Assembly: GCF_006345805.1 (NCBI RefSeq) | Contig: NC_043026.1 | Coordinates: 1,488,001 to 1,552,000, forward strand | Length of the DNA: 64,000 bases | Source: Octopus sinensis | Taxonomy: Eukaryota | Direction of reading: 5' to 3' | Shown: positions 52,010 through 64,000 of the stretch, in pieces | How the letters are laid out: the number at the start of each line of letters is the position of its first letter | How positions within the stretch are numbered: position 1 is the first letter of the stretch | Notes under the pieces: generated by a model | What the model saw: only the letters and a program-made list of their open reading frames with translations | Told to the model about the DNA's origin: nothing | Database searches by the model: none | Made by a program: the position numbers and the translations under genes

Positions 52010-52621
52010 AGGACATCACCAACTGGAAACAACATGAAGTACAAAGACAAGTGAGTTAAATACGCAAACAATGAGAGAAAAAAATTGAAAACAGGACAAG
52101 TAACACAGAGAACGACCCTTCATCAGTTGTCGGTTGTCTATCTACTCCTCATTTCAAGCATTCAACAACAATATAAGTTTTCAAAGACAGTTGCTCCCAT
52201 AATTTCCAAAACAAATATTGGATTTTATGGACAGTGGAAACATACAAGGAAACTGAACGAAAACAAACGTGGAAGGTCGTTAGAGCAGAACAAGAGGAAA
52301 ATAGTGAACGCTGGAAGAAATATTTTCTTTGAAAAGAGAAAAGACAGAAGAGAGGATAGAAGATGTCCATCCTAGGAACGTTGCATAGGAAAAGAAAGAT
52401 AGATGATGGTTACGTGTGAGCAACAAGAGAGTGAAAAGGAGAGATGGGGAGAGCAATTGTCTTTACTCATATTGTTGTTGAATGCTTGAAATGAAGAGTA
52501 GATAGACAGCTGACAACTGATGAAAAGTTGTTCTTTGTGTTAGTTGTCCTCTTTTCAATCTTTTTTTCTCTTGTCGTTTGTGGCTTTCATACTTCATGTT
52601 GTTTAGAGTTGGTGACGTCCT
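52010..52621. repeat. foldback element with ~160-bp diverged arms between microsatellites
   Basis: GGACATCACCAACT...TTCATCAGTTGTC..CATTTCAAGCATTCAACAACAATAT pairs with its reverse complement at 52465-52621. Confidence 0.75.
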
Positions 52622-52626
52622 GTACC

Positions 52627-52691
<65 letters not shown>

Positions 52692-52714
52692 GTGTGTGTG
52701 CGTGAATGTATACA

Positions 52715-52751
<37 letters not shown>

Positions 52752-55185
52752 GGTGGTTGTCTACTCCTTATGCAGAGTTTGACCACCTCCTCTACCTACA
52801 CCTTCAAACCATCATTTCATCTGATGTGGCTTTTTAAACCAGACAAAGTTCTGGAAAGACACCCACATAGATTGCACCTCTGATTTGGATCTACAGATAA
52901 GTTCTGCTCTTGTGGATACTTTTTGAGGCCTCCATTGGATTTGATAACCTTCTGGCATACACTGCATTCAAAGGTGTGCACAGACATATAGGCCAAATAG
53001 TTGGTGGAGGTTCGTTTTCCATGCATTCACAGATGAGATTTCAGCCCAGCAAAAGACAGGTATGGTCTGTCACAGACTGTGCACACAAAAAGGTCTTGAT
53101 CGTTACATTCTTCCTTAGATCTCTTAGATATCCTGGCCTCTTCAAATGCTTTCACTCCACTCCACACCTTTGTTCACCATCCATCTCGATCCGAAGCAAG
53201 GGTTTCTATATCTTCTGGATCCATTTCAAGTGACTTCATAGTAGTCCTCATGCCATCCTTCAGCCCTTTTTTAGCTTTACACTGATAGCGTTTCCCCTCT
53301 GCAAGCGCACAATAAAACAGCTGTTTCAGCATGTTCATCTGCCATTCGAATAATATGGCCACACCATCTCAATTAGTTTCTCAAAATCATAGCTTTAATT
53401 GAGGTGATGCCTGCAGATGCAAGGACATCTGTGTTTGGAGGAAAAGAACTCCCTTTAATTTTTAAAATGCGATGAAAGCATTTTTGGTGGAATTGTTCTA
53501 ACAAATTAAAATGCCTCTCATAACAAGAATACAACAGGGATGGTAAGACAAATGATTTGTAAAAAGCCAGTTTTGTATTCCTATTTATATGTCACTGGCA
53601 CCAAATGCATGACTCCAAGCCACCAAATTCTTTTGCTGCCCTTTGAACTTGCAGCTGTATTTCTGTATCAAGATTTCCATCATTTTGTACAGAGATTCCA
53701 AGGTAGATGAACGAATCAACAACCTCGAGTAACTTACCCATCGCAAAAATTTTAGGTGTGTGTGGGGGGGGGGTTACAAACAGCACCACACACAGGTTGA
53801 TGCATTACAACTGTTTTTTTCAAGTCGATGGTCAAGCCCAAATCATCACAAGCCGAAGCGAATGCAAATACAAGAGATTGCAGACCTGTTTCAGAATGAC
53901 TGACAAGATCTCAATCATCAAAAGTTCCCTAATGAGTGAAGTAAAAACCTTTGTTTTGAATTTCAGTCAGATTAAAAACATTCCCAGTTGTTTGATATTT
54001 TATGTAAATACCCTCCTCAGAGTTTTGAAAAGCATCTGACAACACAACAGCAAAGTATATTGCAAAGAGGGTGGCTGCATCAAGGTCTCCTTGCTTTACT
54101 CCATTTTCCACAGCAAAAGATTCAGAGAGCCTACCACCAAAGTTAACTCTAGCTTTCATATCTTGATGCAAAGCCCTGATCATGTTTACAAATTTTTGTG
54201 GCCAACCTATTTTCCTGAGAATTAGCCACAGAGTGTTTCAATTAACAGAATCAAATGCTTTGCTCAAATCAACAAAGCAATGGTATGGAGCAAGATTCTG
54301 TTCAATGCACTTTTCTTGTAATTGTCTGACAGTAAAGATACAATCTGCTGTGCCCCTGGGGGAGCGAAAACCACACAGACTCAGACACTATATTTGGAAC
54401 TATAAAGGTATTTAAACATTCAAACAAACTGTGGGCTTTCCAACCACAGACAAAAGCAAAATCCCACAAAAATTACCACACAGATCCTTTGGTCCCGATT
54501 TATACAAGGAAACTAAAATGGAACCCAGTCTTGGGGCACTTTCTCAGTTCTCCAACAGTGACAAATTAATATATTTAAGAGTTCAAACATTTTGTCACCC
54601 TCATATTTCAAGACTTCTGCACAGATTCCATCAGACCCTGGAGAGTTGGTTCAAATGCCATCTCTTCTGTAATAGGAAGGTGTTCCATTTTTTCTATTGT
54701 CTTCATGTCAACGGATGATGGTCTATTCAAAAGAGCAGAAAATGTTTTACCCAGCACTTATGAATAGAAGTGGTGTCAGTCAGAAGCAAACATCCATTTG
54801 CTGCTCCATCTGGAGCTATTGAAGAGGATCTTGGGCCATGTACCTCCTTAACATAAGAGTACAAACCCTTGGCATCATTTCTATCAGCTGCTTCTTGTGC
54901 CCCTTTTGCTCTATCATTCCACCATTCCTGTTTAATTTTCCTTAGAGCAGTCTGCACTTCCCCTTTCAGCAAGTTTCCTTTGAGTTAAGGTTCAAGGACT
55001 GAGAAAGAAGTGTATTGCCTAAGTTTTGTTTTTCTAAAAGTAGATCATGAATTTCTGCTGATCTTTCTGAGAACCAGTCACTGGATTTATGAGATTAAAA
55101 TCCCACTAATGAACTTGCAGCCTGAAATACTTTTGTTTTGAAATCTTCCCAGATTGTTTGGGTCAAGATTGATACTTTCTATAGC
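52752..55185 (-). mobile_element. decayed RTE-clade LINE
   Basis: FVDLSKAFDS, MIRALH..MKARV, ENGVKQGD..ATLF, FIYLG, and C-terminal C2H2-like CSVC..CNLC...LKSHIR. Confidence 0.88.
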
Positions 55186-55242
55186 ATCATGAAATCTTTG
55201 CAAGTTGCTCGATAATTGAAAGTTTGCAATATTTAGCTTTTG

Positions 55243-55275
<33 letters not shown>

Positions 55276-55287
55276 ATATATAATATA

Positions 55288-55328
<41 letters not shown>

Positions 55329-55414
55329 AATATCCACGCACAAATCTTCAAAAAGATAAAGAAAATAATGAGAGGCAAAATAGGAAAGCAAAAGAGAAAA
55401 AGGGAAATTCTTAC

Positions 55415-55749
55415 CTTTGACCTTCAGCTAGCATTTCAACTTTGAAAGCTTGAGCTTCGGCAGGGCGTTTCACGGTACCAATCAGTTCCTTCTCCTTCCT
55501 GATCACCTCCTTCTCCTCCACATCGATCTGTTTACGACGCTCGACAACATCAATCTCAATCTCTTCAGTTCTGATCTTCTGTTTCTCTTTGGCACCTTGA
55601 AGTTCATACGCCAGCTCTGCCTCGGCTTTCTTTGTGTTCACTTCCATGTCAAAAGCAGCCTTCTGCATCTGGAACAATCTTGATGCATCGGCAACTTTAG
55701 CATCAGCAGCATATTTAGCATCCATTCCAACTTTTTCACATTCTGCTTC
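55415..55749 (-). CDS. FLOT2: flotillin-2 exon (EAECEKVGMDAKYAADAKVADA...AEGQR)
   Basis: 335 nt, phase 0-2, ctgcAG / GTAAGA. KAEAELAYELQGAKEKQKIRTEEIEI matches flotillin-2. Confidence 0.96.
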
Positions 55750-55783
55750 CTGCAGATAGACAACAAGATATATATATATATAG

Positions 55784-55842
<59 letters not shown>

Positions 55843-56005
55843 AGTATAGATTGGCGTTAGGAAGGGCATCCAGCCGTACAAACACTGCCAGATTTGACTG
55901 GGCCTGATGAAGCCTTCTGGATTCACAGACCCCAGTAGAACCATCCAACCCATTCTAGCATGGAAAACGGACGCTAAACGATGATGATGATAGATGTATA
56001 TATAT

Positions 56006-56038
<33 letters not shown>

Positions 56039-56047
56039 TATATAGAT

Positions 56048-56147
56048 NNNNNNNNNNNNNNNNNNNNNNNNNNNNNNNNNNNNNNNNNNNNNNNNNNNNN
56101 NNNNNNNNNNNNNNNNNNNNNNNNNNNNNNNNNNNNNNNNNNNNNNN
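56048..56147. other. assembly gap (100 N, true size unknown)
   Basis: Run of exactly 100 N between (TA)n arrays. Confidence 0.99.
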
Positions 56148-56408
56148 ACATATATATATACATACATACATATATAACATACATATATATATACATACAT
56201 ATATATATACATACATACATATAACATATATATTACATACATATATATATATACATATATATATACATATATATATACATATATATATACATATATATAT
56301 ACATATATATATACATATATATATACATACATATATACATACATATATATATATACATACATATATATATATACATACATATATGTACATATATACATAC
56401 ATATAGAT

Positions 56409-56987
56409 ATTTACATGAGTGATGACGCGACCTTTCGTGTACATATTCCTAAATTGGCAATGAAATGTAGACGACTGGCCGGATGGATCCTCAGAACCTT
56501 TAGAACAAGAGAACAAGAAACCATGATGGTCCTCTGGAGGACACTTGTCCTAAGCCACTTTGACTGCTGCTCTCAGCTATGGTCACCATCCAGTGTCAAG
56601 TTGATCACAGAACTTGAGGCGATCCAACATAGCTACACGAAGAAGATAGCCTCTGTGCAGAATATAAGCTACTGGGAAAGACTCAAGAGATTAAAACTCC
56701 ATTCCTTGGAGCGTAGGCGAGAAAGGTATGCCATAATATACATGTGGAAGATCCTGGAAGGACTTGTCCCAAACTTTGGCATCGAGAGTTACGCAAATGC
56801 CAGAACTGGGCGCCACTGCGTGGTGCCTAGGACTCCAAATTTGCCATCAAGATGTAGGACAAGATACTGTGATAGCCTGGGCTTCCGAGGTCCACATCTC
56901 TTCAATATCCTCCCGAAGAACCTGAGAGACCTGCATGGGGTGGATACAGATGTCATTAAAATGAAACTGGATCTCTTCTTGTCAGGT
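56409..56987 (+). mobile_element. second, doubly truncated copy of the CR1-group LINE
   Basis: Close match to 43885-44462 ([25 protein letters not shown] ... KLDLFLSG). Confidence 0.9.
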
Positions 56988-57810
56988 CATCCGCCAGTTA
57001 TTCTTAGGAACTAAGTCAGCAATGTAGGTAGAAGAATATCTTCAATTTCTTCGGATGAGGCAGCATTCCGTAATGCTGCACCTTATTACGATAGCGCATT
57101 AAAGAATAGTGGATTCTCTGAGAAGATCCAGTATAACCAACTTAATGCTAGTAGTAATGCTACACGTAGAACTAGTACTAGGAAAGTTTTGTGGTTCAAC
57201 CCAGCTTTCAAACATAGGTAGGGAATTCTTGAAATTAGTCTCTAGGCATTTTCAACCTGATCATAAATTCTATAGAATATTTAATAGAAGAACCCTTAAG
57301 ATCAGCTATTCTTGCTGCAGAAACTTCGCCTCTTTCGTTAACCAACACAACAGTAGATTAATTGCTAATAAGCATAGTGCCGATCCTCTTAAAAAATGTA
57401 ATTGCAAAGATGGATCCTCCTGTCCATTGGAAGGGAAATGTGTGGAAAAAGGAATCGTATATAGAGCCAAGGTGCAGATAGAAGGCTCACGCCTTCTGAT
57501 TTTATTCGCATAAAAATTCCTTTAGATATTCAGATAATAGGATGAAGACCAGCCTGGCGAAATATGTCTGGGAATTAAAAGAAAAGAAAGCCCGACCTTT
57601 TAACGTGTCATGGAGTATTTTAGATAGAGAGGCACCATACAGGTACGATGCGCATAAGAGAAATTTCAAGGGCGACTTATGTTTGCTGGAAAAATATTAT
57701 ATTTTATTCCAAGACATTAATTCTTTAAATCAAAGAAGCAAACTCTTGAATTCATGCAGACACGCAGCTAAATTTAAAATGTCGACTATCAATATCCCAT
57801 ATGGATAGTG
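56988..57810 (+). mobile_element. Penelope-like element 3' fragment (RT thumb, linker, GIY-YIG endonuclease remnant)
   Basis: [63 protein letters not shown] and LNQRS..CRH. Confidence 0.85.
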
Positions 57811-58149
57811 TATATTTTTGTTTTTTGATTTTTTGATACTTGGACTAGTTTTTGATCACACTGATGGATTTCTTTCATATTGTGCAGGTTTTATTTCGCA
57901 TCGCAAAGTTTTTGTATATACTTCGATATATTTCTTAAGAAAAACTTTCGGCTTATTTTATTTCATTTTATTGTATTTTATAAACCCACTTTGGTCATTT
58001 AATTTATAGATAATCCAATATGGGGTGTCATAGTTTGCAGGTCTTTTATCTAAAACTTTTATTATTATGCACTCAGCAATTTTTAAAAAATAATGTTTGT
58101 TGTCATCATTTCTCTGAACCATCCCTCCCCACTGGTGCTTCCCTATATT

Positions 58150-58410
58150 TCTGCACCCCCCCCACACACATAAAAGCACCATCCGAACGTGGCCGATGCC
58201 AGACCCCTCTGGCACCTGTGCAGGTGGCACGTAAAAAACACCCACTACACTCGCGGAGTGGTTGGCGTTAGGAAGGGCATCCAGCTGTAGAAACACTGCC
58301 AGACTAGACTGGAGCCTGGGGCAGTCCCGAGCTCCCCAGACCCCGGTCGAAACCGTCCAACCCGTGCTAGCGCGGAAAGCGGACGTTAAACGATGATGAT
58401 GATGATGATG
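58150..58410 (+). repeat. SINE of the (GAT)n-tailed family (other copies at ~21000-21240, 35190-35310, 55850-55990)
   Basis: GGTTGGCGTTAGGAAGGGCATCCAGCTGTAGAAAC...GGACGTTAAACGATGATGATG. Confidence 0.75.
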
Positions 58411-58457
58411 ATATGTCAGACCCTAGGCATGTTTTTATGTGAACATTTGTATTGGCC

Positions 58458-59064
58458 TGCATATGTGTGAGTGTGTATGCGTCTATGTATATGTGTGAGT
58501 GTGTATGCGTCTATGTATATGTGTGAGTGTGTATGCGTCTATGTATATGTGTGAGTGTGTATGCGTCTATGCATATGTGTGAGTGTGTATGCGTCTATGC
58601 ATATGTGTGAGTGTGTATGCGTCTATGCATATGTGTGAGTGTGTATGCGTCTATGCATATGTGTGAGTGTGTATGCGTCTATGCATATGTGTGAGTGTGT
58701 ATGCGTCTATGCATATGTGTGAGTGTGTATGCGTCTATGCATATGTGTGAGTGTGTATGCGTCTATGCATATGTGTGAGTGTGTATGCGTCTATGCATAT
58801 GTGTGAGTGTGTATGCGTCTATGCATATGTGAGTGTGTATGCGTCTATGCATATGTGTGAGTGTGTATGCGTCTATGCATATGTGTGAGTGTGTATGCGT
58901 CTATGCATATGTGTGAGTGTGTATGCGTCTATGCATATGTGTGAGTGTGTATGCGTCTGTGCATATGTGTGAGTGTGTATGCGTCTGTGCATATGTGTGA
59001 GTGTGTATGCGTCTGTGCATATGTGTGAGTGTGTATGCGTCTATGTATATGTGTGAGTGTGTAT
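58458..59064. repeat. 28-bp minisatellite, ~21 copies
   Basis: Unit GCATATGTGTGAGTGTGTATGCGTCTAT. Confidence 0.97.
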
Positions 59065-61227
59065 GTTTATACTTATGCGCATACATACATGGATGTACAT
59101 GTATGCATGTATTCACTTGGATTTGTGTGGATGTGTTTTTATATATTTACTGCTTATATACACTTTTATATACACATGTATACATAATTTTATTTTGTGA
59201 ACATTCATTACGCATAGGCAGACTTCTTTCTTCCTTTCTTTCGTTATTTTTTCTCTCCCTATTCGTTACTTGTTTAGGGTCCTGTAACTTTACGCCCCTC
59301 TCCCTTTCTCTTACTCACGTCTTTAGCTATCTATTGCTTACAAGATCGTTACCTTTTCTTTTCTTCCCCCTCTCTGCGTTTTACTTCAAGTCTATATGTT
59401 TACACCAAGTGATTTTTGCATGCGAGCAAGATTGCATATACATATGTGTATTTGTGTGTACATTTTCGTTTTGCATTTATATGTCTGTATATGTATGTGG
59501 TCTGTGTACATCTGTCTGTGTATTTTGATGGCTTAGTATGAGTATATGCTGTTGTGAAATATTTTAATATATTTTTGTTTTTATGTATTAATTGTCAGCT
59601 CTTCGATTTAAGGTTTTTCCTCGATTTTTATAATTTATATTGAACTCAATTATTTTGTTCATCGCTTGCCTAAGACCGTTATTTGAAAGGACCAATGGAA
59701 CAAATCCATTTTTAAAGGTGTATCCTTTAACTACTTTTGATCAGATTGTTATTTCAGTTCTATTTTAACAAAACTGTCCGACAAACGGGAACATCAAACT
59801 CCGAGTAACAGATTTTGTTATATTTCTGCTCCTTTTAAATAAAGCATATTACTCTACCTCTGGTATTTGAGTACTCCTTTTTCCACCTTGTTTCACATTT
59901 ATGTGCTTACTCCAGTATATATATATAATTAATCAAAATATTTTTGTTGCTTTGAAACCACGACCTGTTCATCATCAAAATTCCATGCTGCAGTTGCATC
60001 TCCATAGTTACATTTATGTAATATTTTTATTATGTATTTGTGCATGGATGTGTTCATGTGTAGAAAACACAAATGCACATAATAAAAGTATTACATATAT
60101 GTAACTATGGTTTTTAAAATAAAATAATAGTTTATTATTTAACTGTAATTTCTAGATTACAACTGAGAGACTGCTAATATCTTTAGTGAATACTTTAATG
60201 ATATTTCAATCTATCATAAGTAATAATGTAAAATAGGAAAAATGTGTTTTTTTTTAGCTCCTAGTGTAAAGTAATCACATCGAAATATGAGAACTAATGA
60301 ATATTTCGTTTTGTTTTTTTTTCAACACACACACACACACACACAAATATATTAAATTAGCATTCACATATTCATAAGTAATGGGTTCTTTAAAATACAT
60401 TAGTTGCTGAAACCTCACGTATCTGAGTCAATAAAGGGTCAAACAACACATTGCAATGTAGCTCCTTTCAATCAAATTCTTTCACTGAAGAAATACCCAA
60501 TTAATGATATTTGATATGGAAATTTAATTTAATTCCTTAAATTGAAGTAATTGGACATGGAAATGATGATGATGATGAAATTGAGTTTGATATTATTCAG
60601 ACTTGTATTATGTTCTAATAAATTAATGGCTATATATCAATTTCTCTGTTTTCTTTTTTTCTAATACATGAAAAATAGTATACCCGTATCCATCAAAGCA
60701 AAGCTAGCATCTCTGCTTTTTCATTGATAAAACTGGGAAACTTAAATGCTGACATCCATTTAAGAGGATTTATAACCGGGATATTATTTATATATATATA
60801 TATTTTGATGTGTATGTGTTTTTCCCCCGCCACCATCACTTCACAATCAATGCTGGTGTGTTTATGTCCCTGTAACTTAGCAGTTTGGCAAAAGAGACTG
60901 ATAGAATAAGTACTAGGCTTACAAAGAGTCTGTGCTAAGTTTGATTCCTTCAACTAAAAAACCCTTTAAGGTGGTGTTCCAGCATGGCTGAGTTAAAAGA
61001 CTGAAATAAGTATATAACACAGTTGTATAAAGAGGGAAGACCAGGTTATTTTTGAAGAACCTTTTTGCAGGACATAAATGCAAGATAATCTAGCAAACAC
61101 CATATTTTAATTCATTTCTCTACAGGCATAGAAAATATCAACACAACAGATTCCATTCTTATCCAGGAAATAGAAAAACATGCTCTGTTCATGGCTCTTG
61201 CTGCCAACCACAATAACACAGAGATTG

Positions 61228-61295
<68 letters not shown>

Positions 61296-61589
61296 ATGTA
61301 GTGGAGGTGACTGTCCGTAAGTAGAACTGGTTGGAGAGAAGCCATATTGGTGGGCAGTGAAGATGGAGAGAGAGAATCAAGGTAAAAAGAAAGGCGATTG
61401 TTAAACTATAATTGCCATTGCTTTTGGGATGTTTAAAATCAGTGTAATGAGTCGTTAGTAGGCATGATGAGAGGGAGAAAGAGGAAGCAAAAGAGAGAAA
61501 ACAAACAGATTGGAGAGAAACCAATGGAGAAAGACAAACAAGTCAAAAGAGAGAGAAAGAGAGAAGAGATATTGAAAAAATGTTCTTAC

Positions 61590-61804
61590 CAAGAATAGCT
61601 CGTAAATGGCCTTCCAATGTCTGTAAAACAACCCTTTCAATGTGGTCGATGGATTTGCCAAGGAATTGCTCACAAGCCCGATTTAACAGGTCCTTCTCTT
61701 TCATAATCTTGCATTGTGCAACCCCGGTCACCGTAATCGGGACACCTTCTAGGGTTTCCACACTTTCACATACAGGGTTCAATGTCATGACTTCCAGCGA
61801 AATA
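61590..61804 (-). CDS. FLOT2: flotillin-2 exon, SPFH/band-7 domain (ISLEVMTLNPVCESVETLEGVPITVTGVAQ...EGHLRAIL)
   Basis: 215 nt, phase 2-1, tttcAG / GTAAGA. ACEQFLGK and LQTLEGHLRAILG are flotillin-2 signatures. Confidence 0.96.
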
Positions 61805-61889
61805 CTGAAACAGAAAAACAGAGGGAGCATGTATGAGTGAGGGACTGTTTAATATCATCACTAGCTATGGATGTACACACACACACACA

Positions 61890-62745
61890 CAAAGGTTGAA
61901 TAAGATAATGGAAACACCTAGCATCATAATTTTGAAATACATCTATAAAACCATCAAAAGCTTGTTTAATTATATGTTTTTTGATTTATTATTAGTGTTG
62001 CTTAATATGTTTTGCTAAAATTGCTGTTTCTTTTCAGATATCATCAGAAAAAGCTAATTAAAATTCATTAAAATGACAGATCTATCGGACTTTCAAAGAG
62101 GTGAAATTGCTGGTGCTTGTATGGCAGGTATTGGTGTAATGAAAATAGCTGAAATATTTGGTGCATCAAGAAGTACTGTCTCGAAAGTAATGACAGCCTT
62201 TGAGAAAGAGGGAAGAACCTCCTCATTGAAACAAAACTCCGGAAGAAAACCAAAATTTTCAGATAGAGACAGTCTGACTCTTCTGCGAACTGTTAGAAAG
62301 TATCACAAAAGTAGAGCTTCCAAAATTACGGCAGAGCTTAATGACCACCTCGAGAACCCAGTTTGCACAAAAACTGTTTGCGGAACTGTTTCCGGAGGGA
62401 AACTCAATTTTTCAGGATGACAATGCTCCAATTCACACAGCTAAAGTTGTTACTGAATGGCACAAAGAACATTCTAGTGAAGTTAGACACCTTATCTGGC
62501 CACCACAGACCCCAGATCTCAATATTATTGAACATTTATGGTGCATTTTAGAAAAACGAGTAACTACAAGAACTGGAGACTGTTTTAACTGAAGAATGGA
62601 CAAAAATTCCTTTGGAAACAATTCAAACTTTGTATGAGTCCATACACATCTCATAGAATTCAAGCTGCTAAGGGTGATGCTACCCCATATTAAAATAAAT
62701 TTGTTTGGAATTTTAAGGTATTCCCATTATTTTGTCCAACCCTTC
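61890..62745 (+). mobile_element. internally deleted Tc1-like element with DD36E spacing
   Basis: TIRs ~CAAAGGTTGAATAAGATAATGGAAACACCT / AGGTATTCCCATTATTTTGTCCAACCCTTC-TA. N-terminus MTDLSDFQRGEIAGA. The stretch D-NAPIH...PDLNII-E has 36 intervening residues. Confidence 0.85.
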
Positions 62746-62771
62746 TATGTGTGTGTGTGTGTGTGTATATA

Positions 62772-63097
62772 TCTCTTATGATAAAAGGCAGATTTTCTCT
62801 GCCTGTTCCCATGTTCCTTTTTAATACAATTCTACAATATAGAATTTCTTCAAATAGAATTTACCTATGATTTTTCCAAGTAGATTCGATTGGTTCATGG
62901 CATAAAAAGTTTTTTCAATTTGACCCCCAATTAAGCAAAAATTCGAAAAAACTCAATATTTTACGATTTCCCTCTTTCATTTCAAGTGGTTTATTCCTGC
63001 TATTACTTCTACTTTCTCTTTGCAAGTGTGAAACTATCAAAGTGAAAGTATTATATAACACGGATGAGCCATTAATACTGGTCATCCTTTTTGCTAG
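62772..63097 (+). mobile_element. non-autonomous Helitron candidate
   Basis: 5' TC after A; subterminal hairpin GGATGAGCCA/TGGTCATCC (63062-63087); 3' CTAG at 63094-63097. Confidence 0.5.
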
Positions 63098-63780
63098 AGG
63101 AAGATCTGCTATGGTCTTATATGCTACACCACTGGTCTTCAATTCAATATTCAATTTTTCACCCTTATTATGTGTGTGTGTGTGTATTAGCAATTCGTAT
63201 AAAATTGCATCAATGACTTGAACTTGAATAAGTGGTTTCACATAAATGAGGATAAATTAAAAAGGTTTGTCGTTATTATTATTACTGTTTGACTATTGTA
63301 ATCACGTTTGTTGGTTCCTCGTCAGGGAAACGTTGTGTTGCATTTGTTAAATAATTGTAAACCGTAACCCTTCCCCTTTCGGAGAAGGGGCTTTGGTTAT
63401 TGTTTAAAAATTGAATTGTGTCCCTGTTTGGGAAAATTGACAATATTTTCACCGTCTTTATGGAAGCATTTTTGTTAAAATGCCTTCGATGGAAGAAAGT
63501 CCAAAAATGAATTTCAAGAGGGAGGACAAGATCCAATTGGTCGAAATTGCAAGAGACAGGCCTACAATTCCAGTCTGTTATATATTTTGAGTATTGTTAT
63601 CACTAGCGATATCAAGATATAACTTTGTATTTTGTATTTTATGTGTAGATGTATATATATATAGATGTACATGTAATATGTACACATATATATATACACA
63701 TACATACATGCATAATATATCTACCCATACACACATACGCACGCACACATACATAGGGGCAGGTGTGGCTGTGTGGTAAC

Positions 63781-64000
63781 AAACTACGTTCGAAGATACT
63801 GTACTTGATATGGGCGGTAATGCCTTGCCGGTCTATGGCCTACCTTCAACAAACCGGGAAGGCACAAACACTGTCTTCACATTTGCTGCGTGAAACATGT
63901 TTTAATGTTGACAAGCTTGCCGAGTACATAGCCGACAATGAGCCAAAGCTCCTTCCAGAACAGAAGTTCGCTTACAACTCCATTGTTAATTCAGTCCGGG
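63781..64000 (+). mobile_element. Helitron RepHel fragment (region just upstream of PIF1 helicase motif I), running off the window
   Basis: FEDTVLDMGGNALPVYGLPSTNR then, after a frameshift, LLRETCFNVDKLAEYIADNEPKLLPEQKFAYNSIVNSV. It directly follows a truncated SINE head. Confidence 0.65.

Noticed and set aside
52010-52621. Hammerhead in this foldback (CTGATGA present in both arms)
   Set aside because: I could not build stems I-III or find a correctly placed GAAA...UH in any topology.
58458-59064. CRISPR-like array
   Set aside because: Contiguous 28-bp units with no unique spacers, no cas genes, and a eukaryotic context.

Overview
AT-rich, microsatellite-laden eukaryotic DNA. The SINE families and (TA)n/(CA)n load look like an octopus/coleoid cephalopod (inference). 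There are two host genes. (1) On +, a ~5.1-kb terminal exon (140-5282) encodes an uncharacterised ~1,700-aa protein of six tandem ~255-aa NHL/TolB-like beta-propeller modules, split by one frameshift near 2094-2103. (2) On -, a flotillin-2 gene has five recoverable GT-AG exons (61804-61590, 55749-55415, 47332-47149, 40919-40776, 29404-29363). Its 5' exons lie outside the window, and ~77 internal codons are missing, probably in the N gap at 56048-56147. The rest is decayed mobile DNA: hAT (ZMYM1-like and Buster), DD37D maT, DD34D mariners, a DD36E Tc1, a Merlin/MULE-like MITE, piggyBac-type MITEs, Helitrons, CR1-, RTE- and CRE-type LINEs, a Penelope-like element and many SINEs. A 2.8-kb tandem duplication and several minisatellites are also present. 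Most notable: (TA)n-embedded Penelope-type terminal elements carry minimal hammerhead-ribozyme folds, including a near-perfect foldback with a U3-A8 variant core on each strand inside the last flotillin intron.
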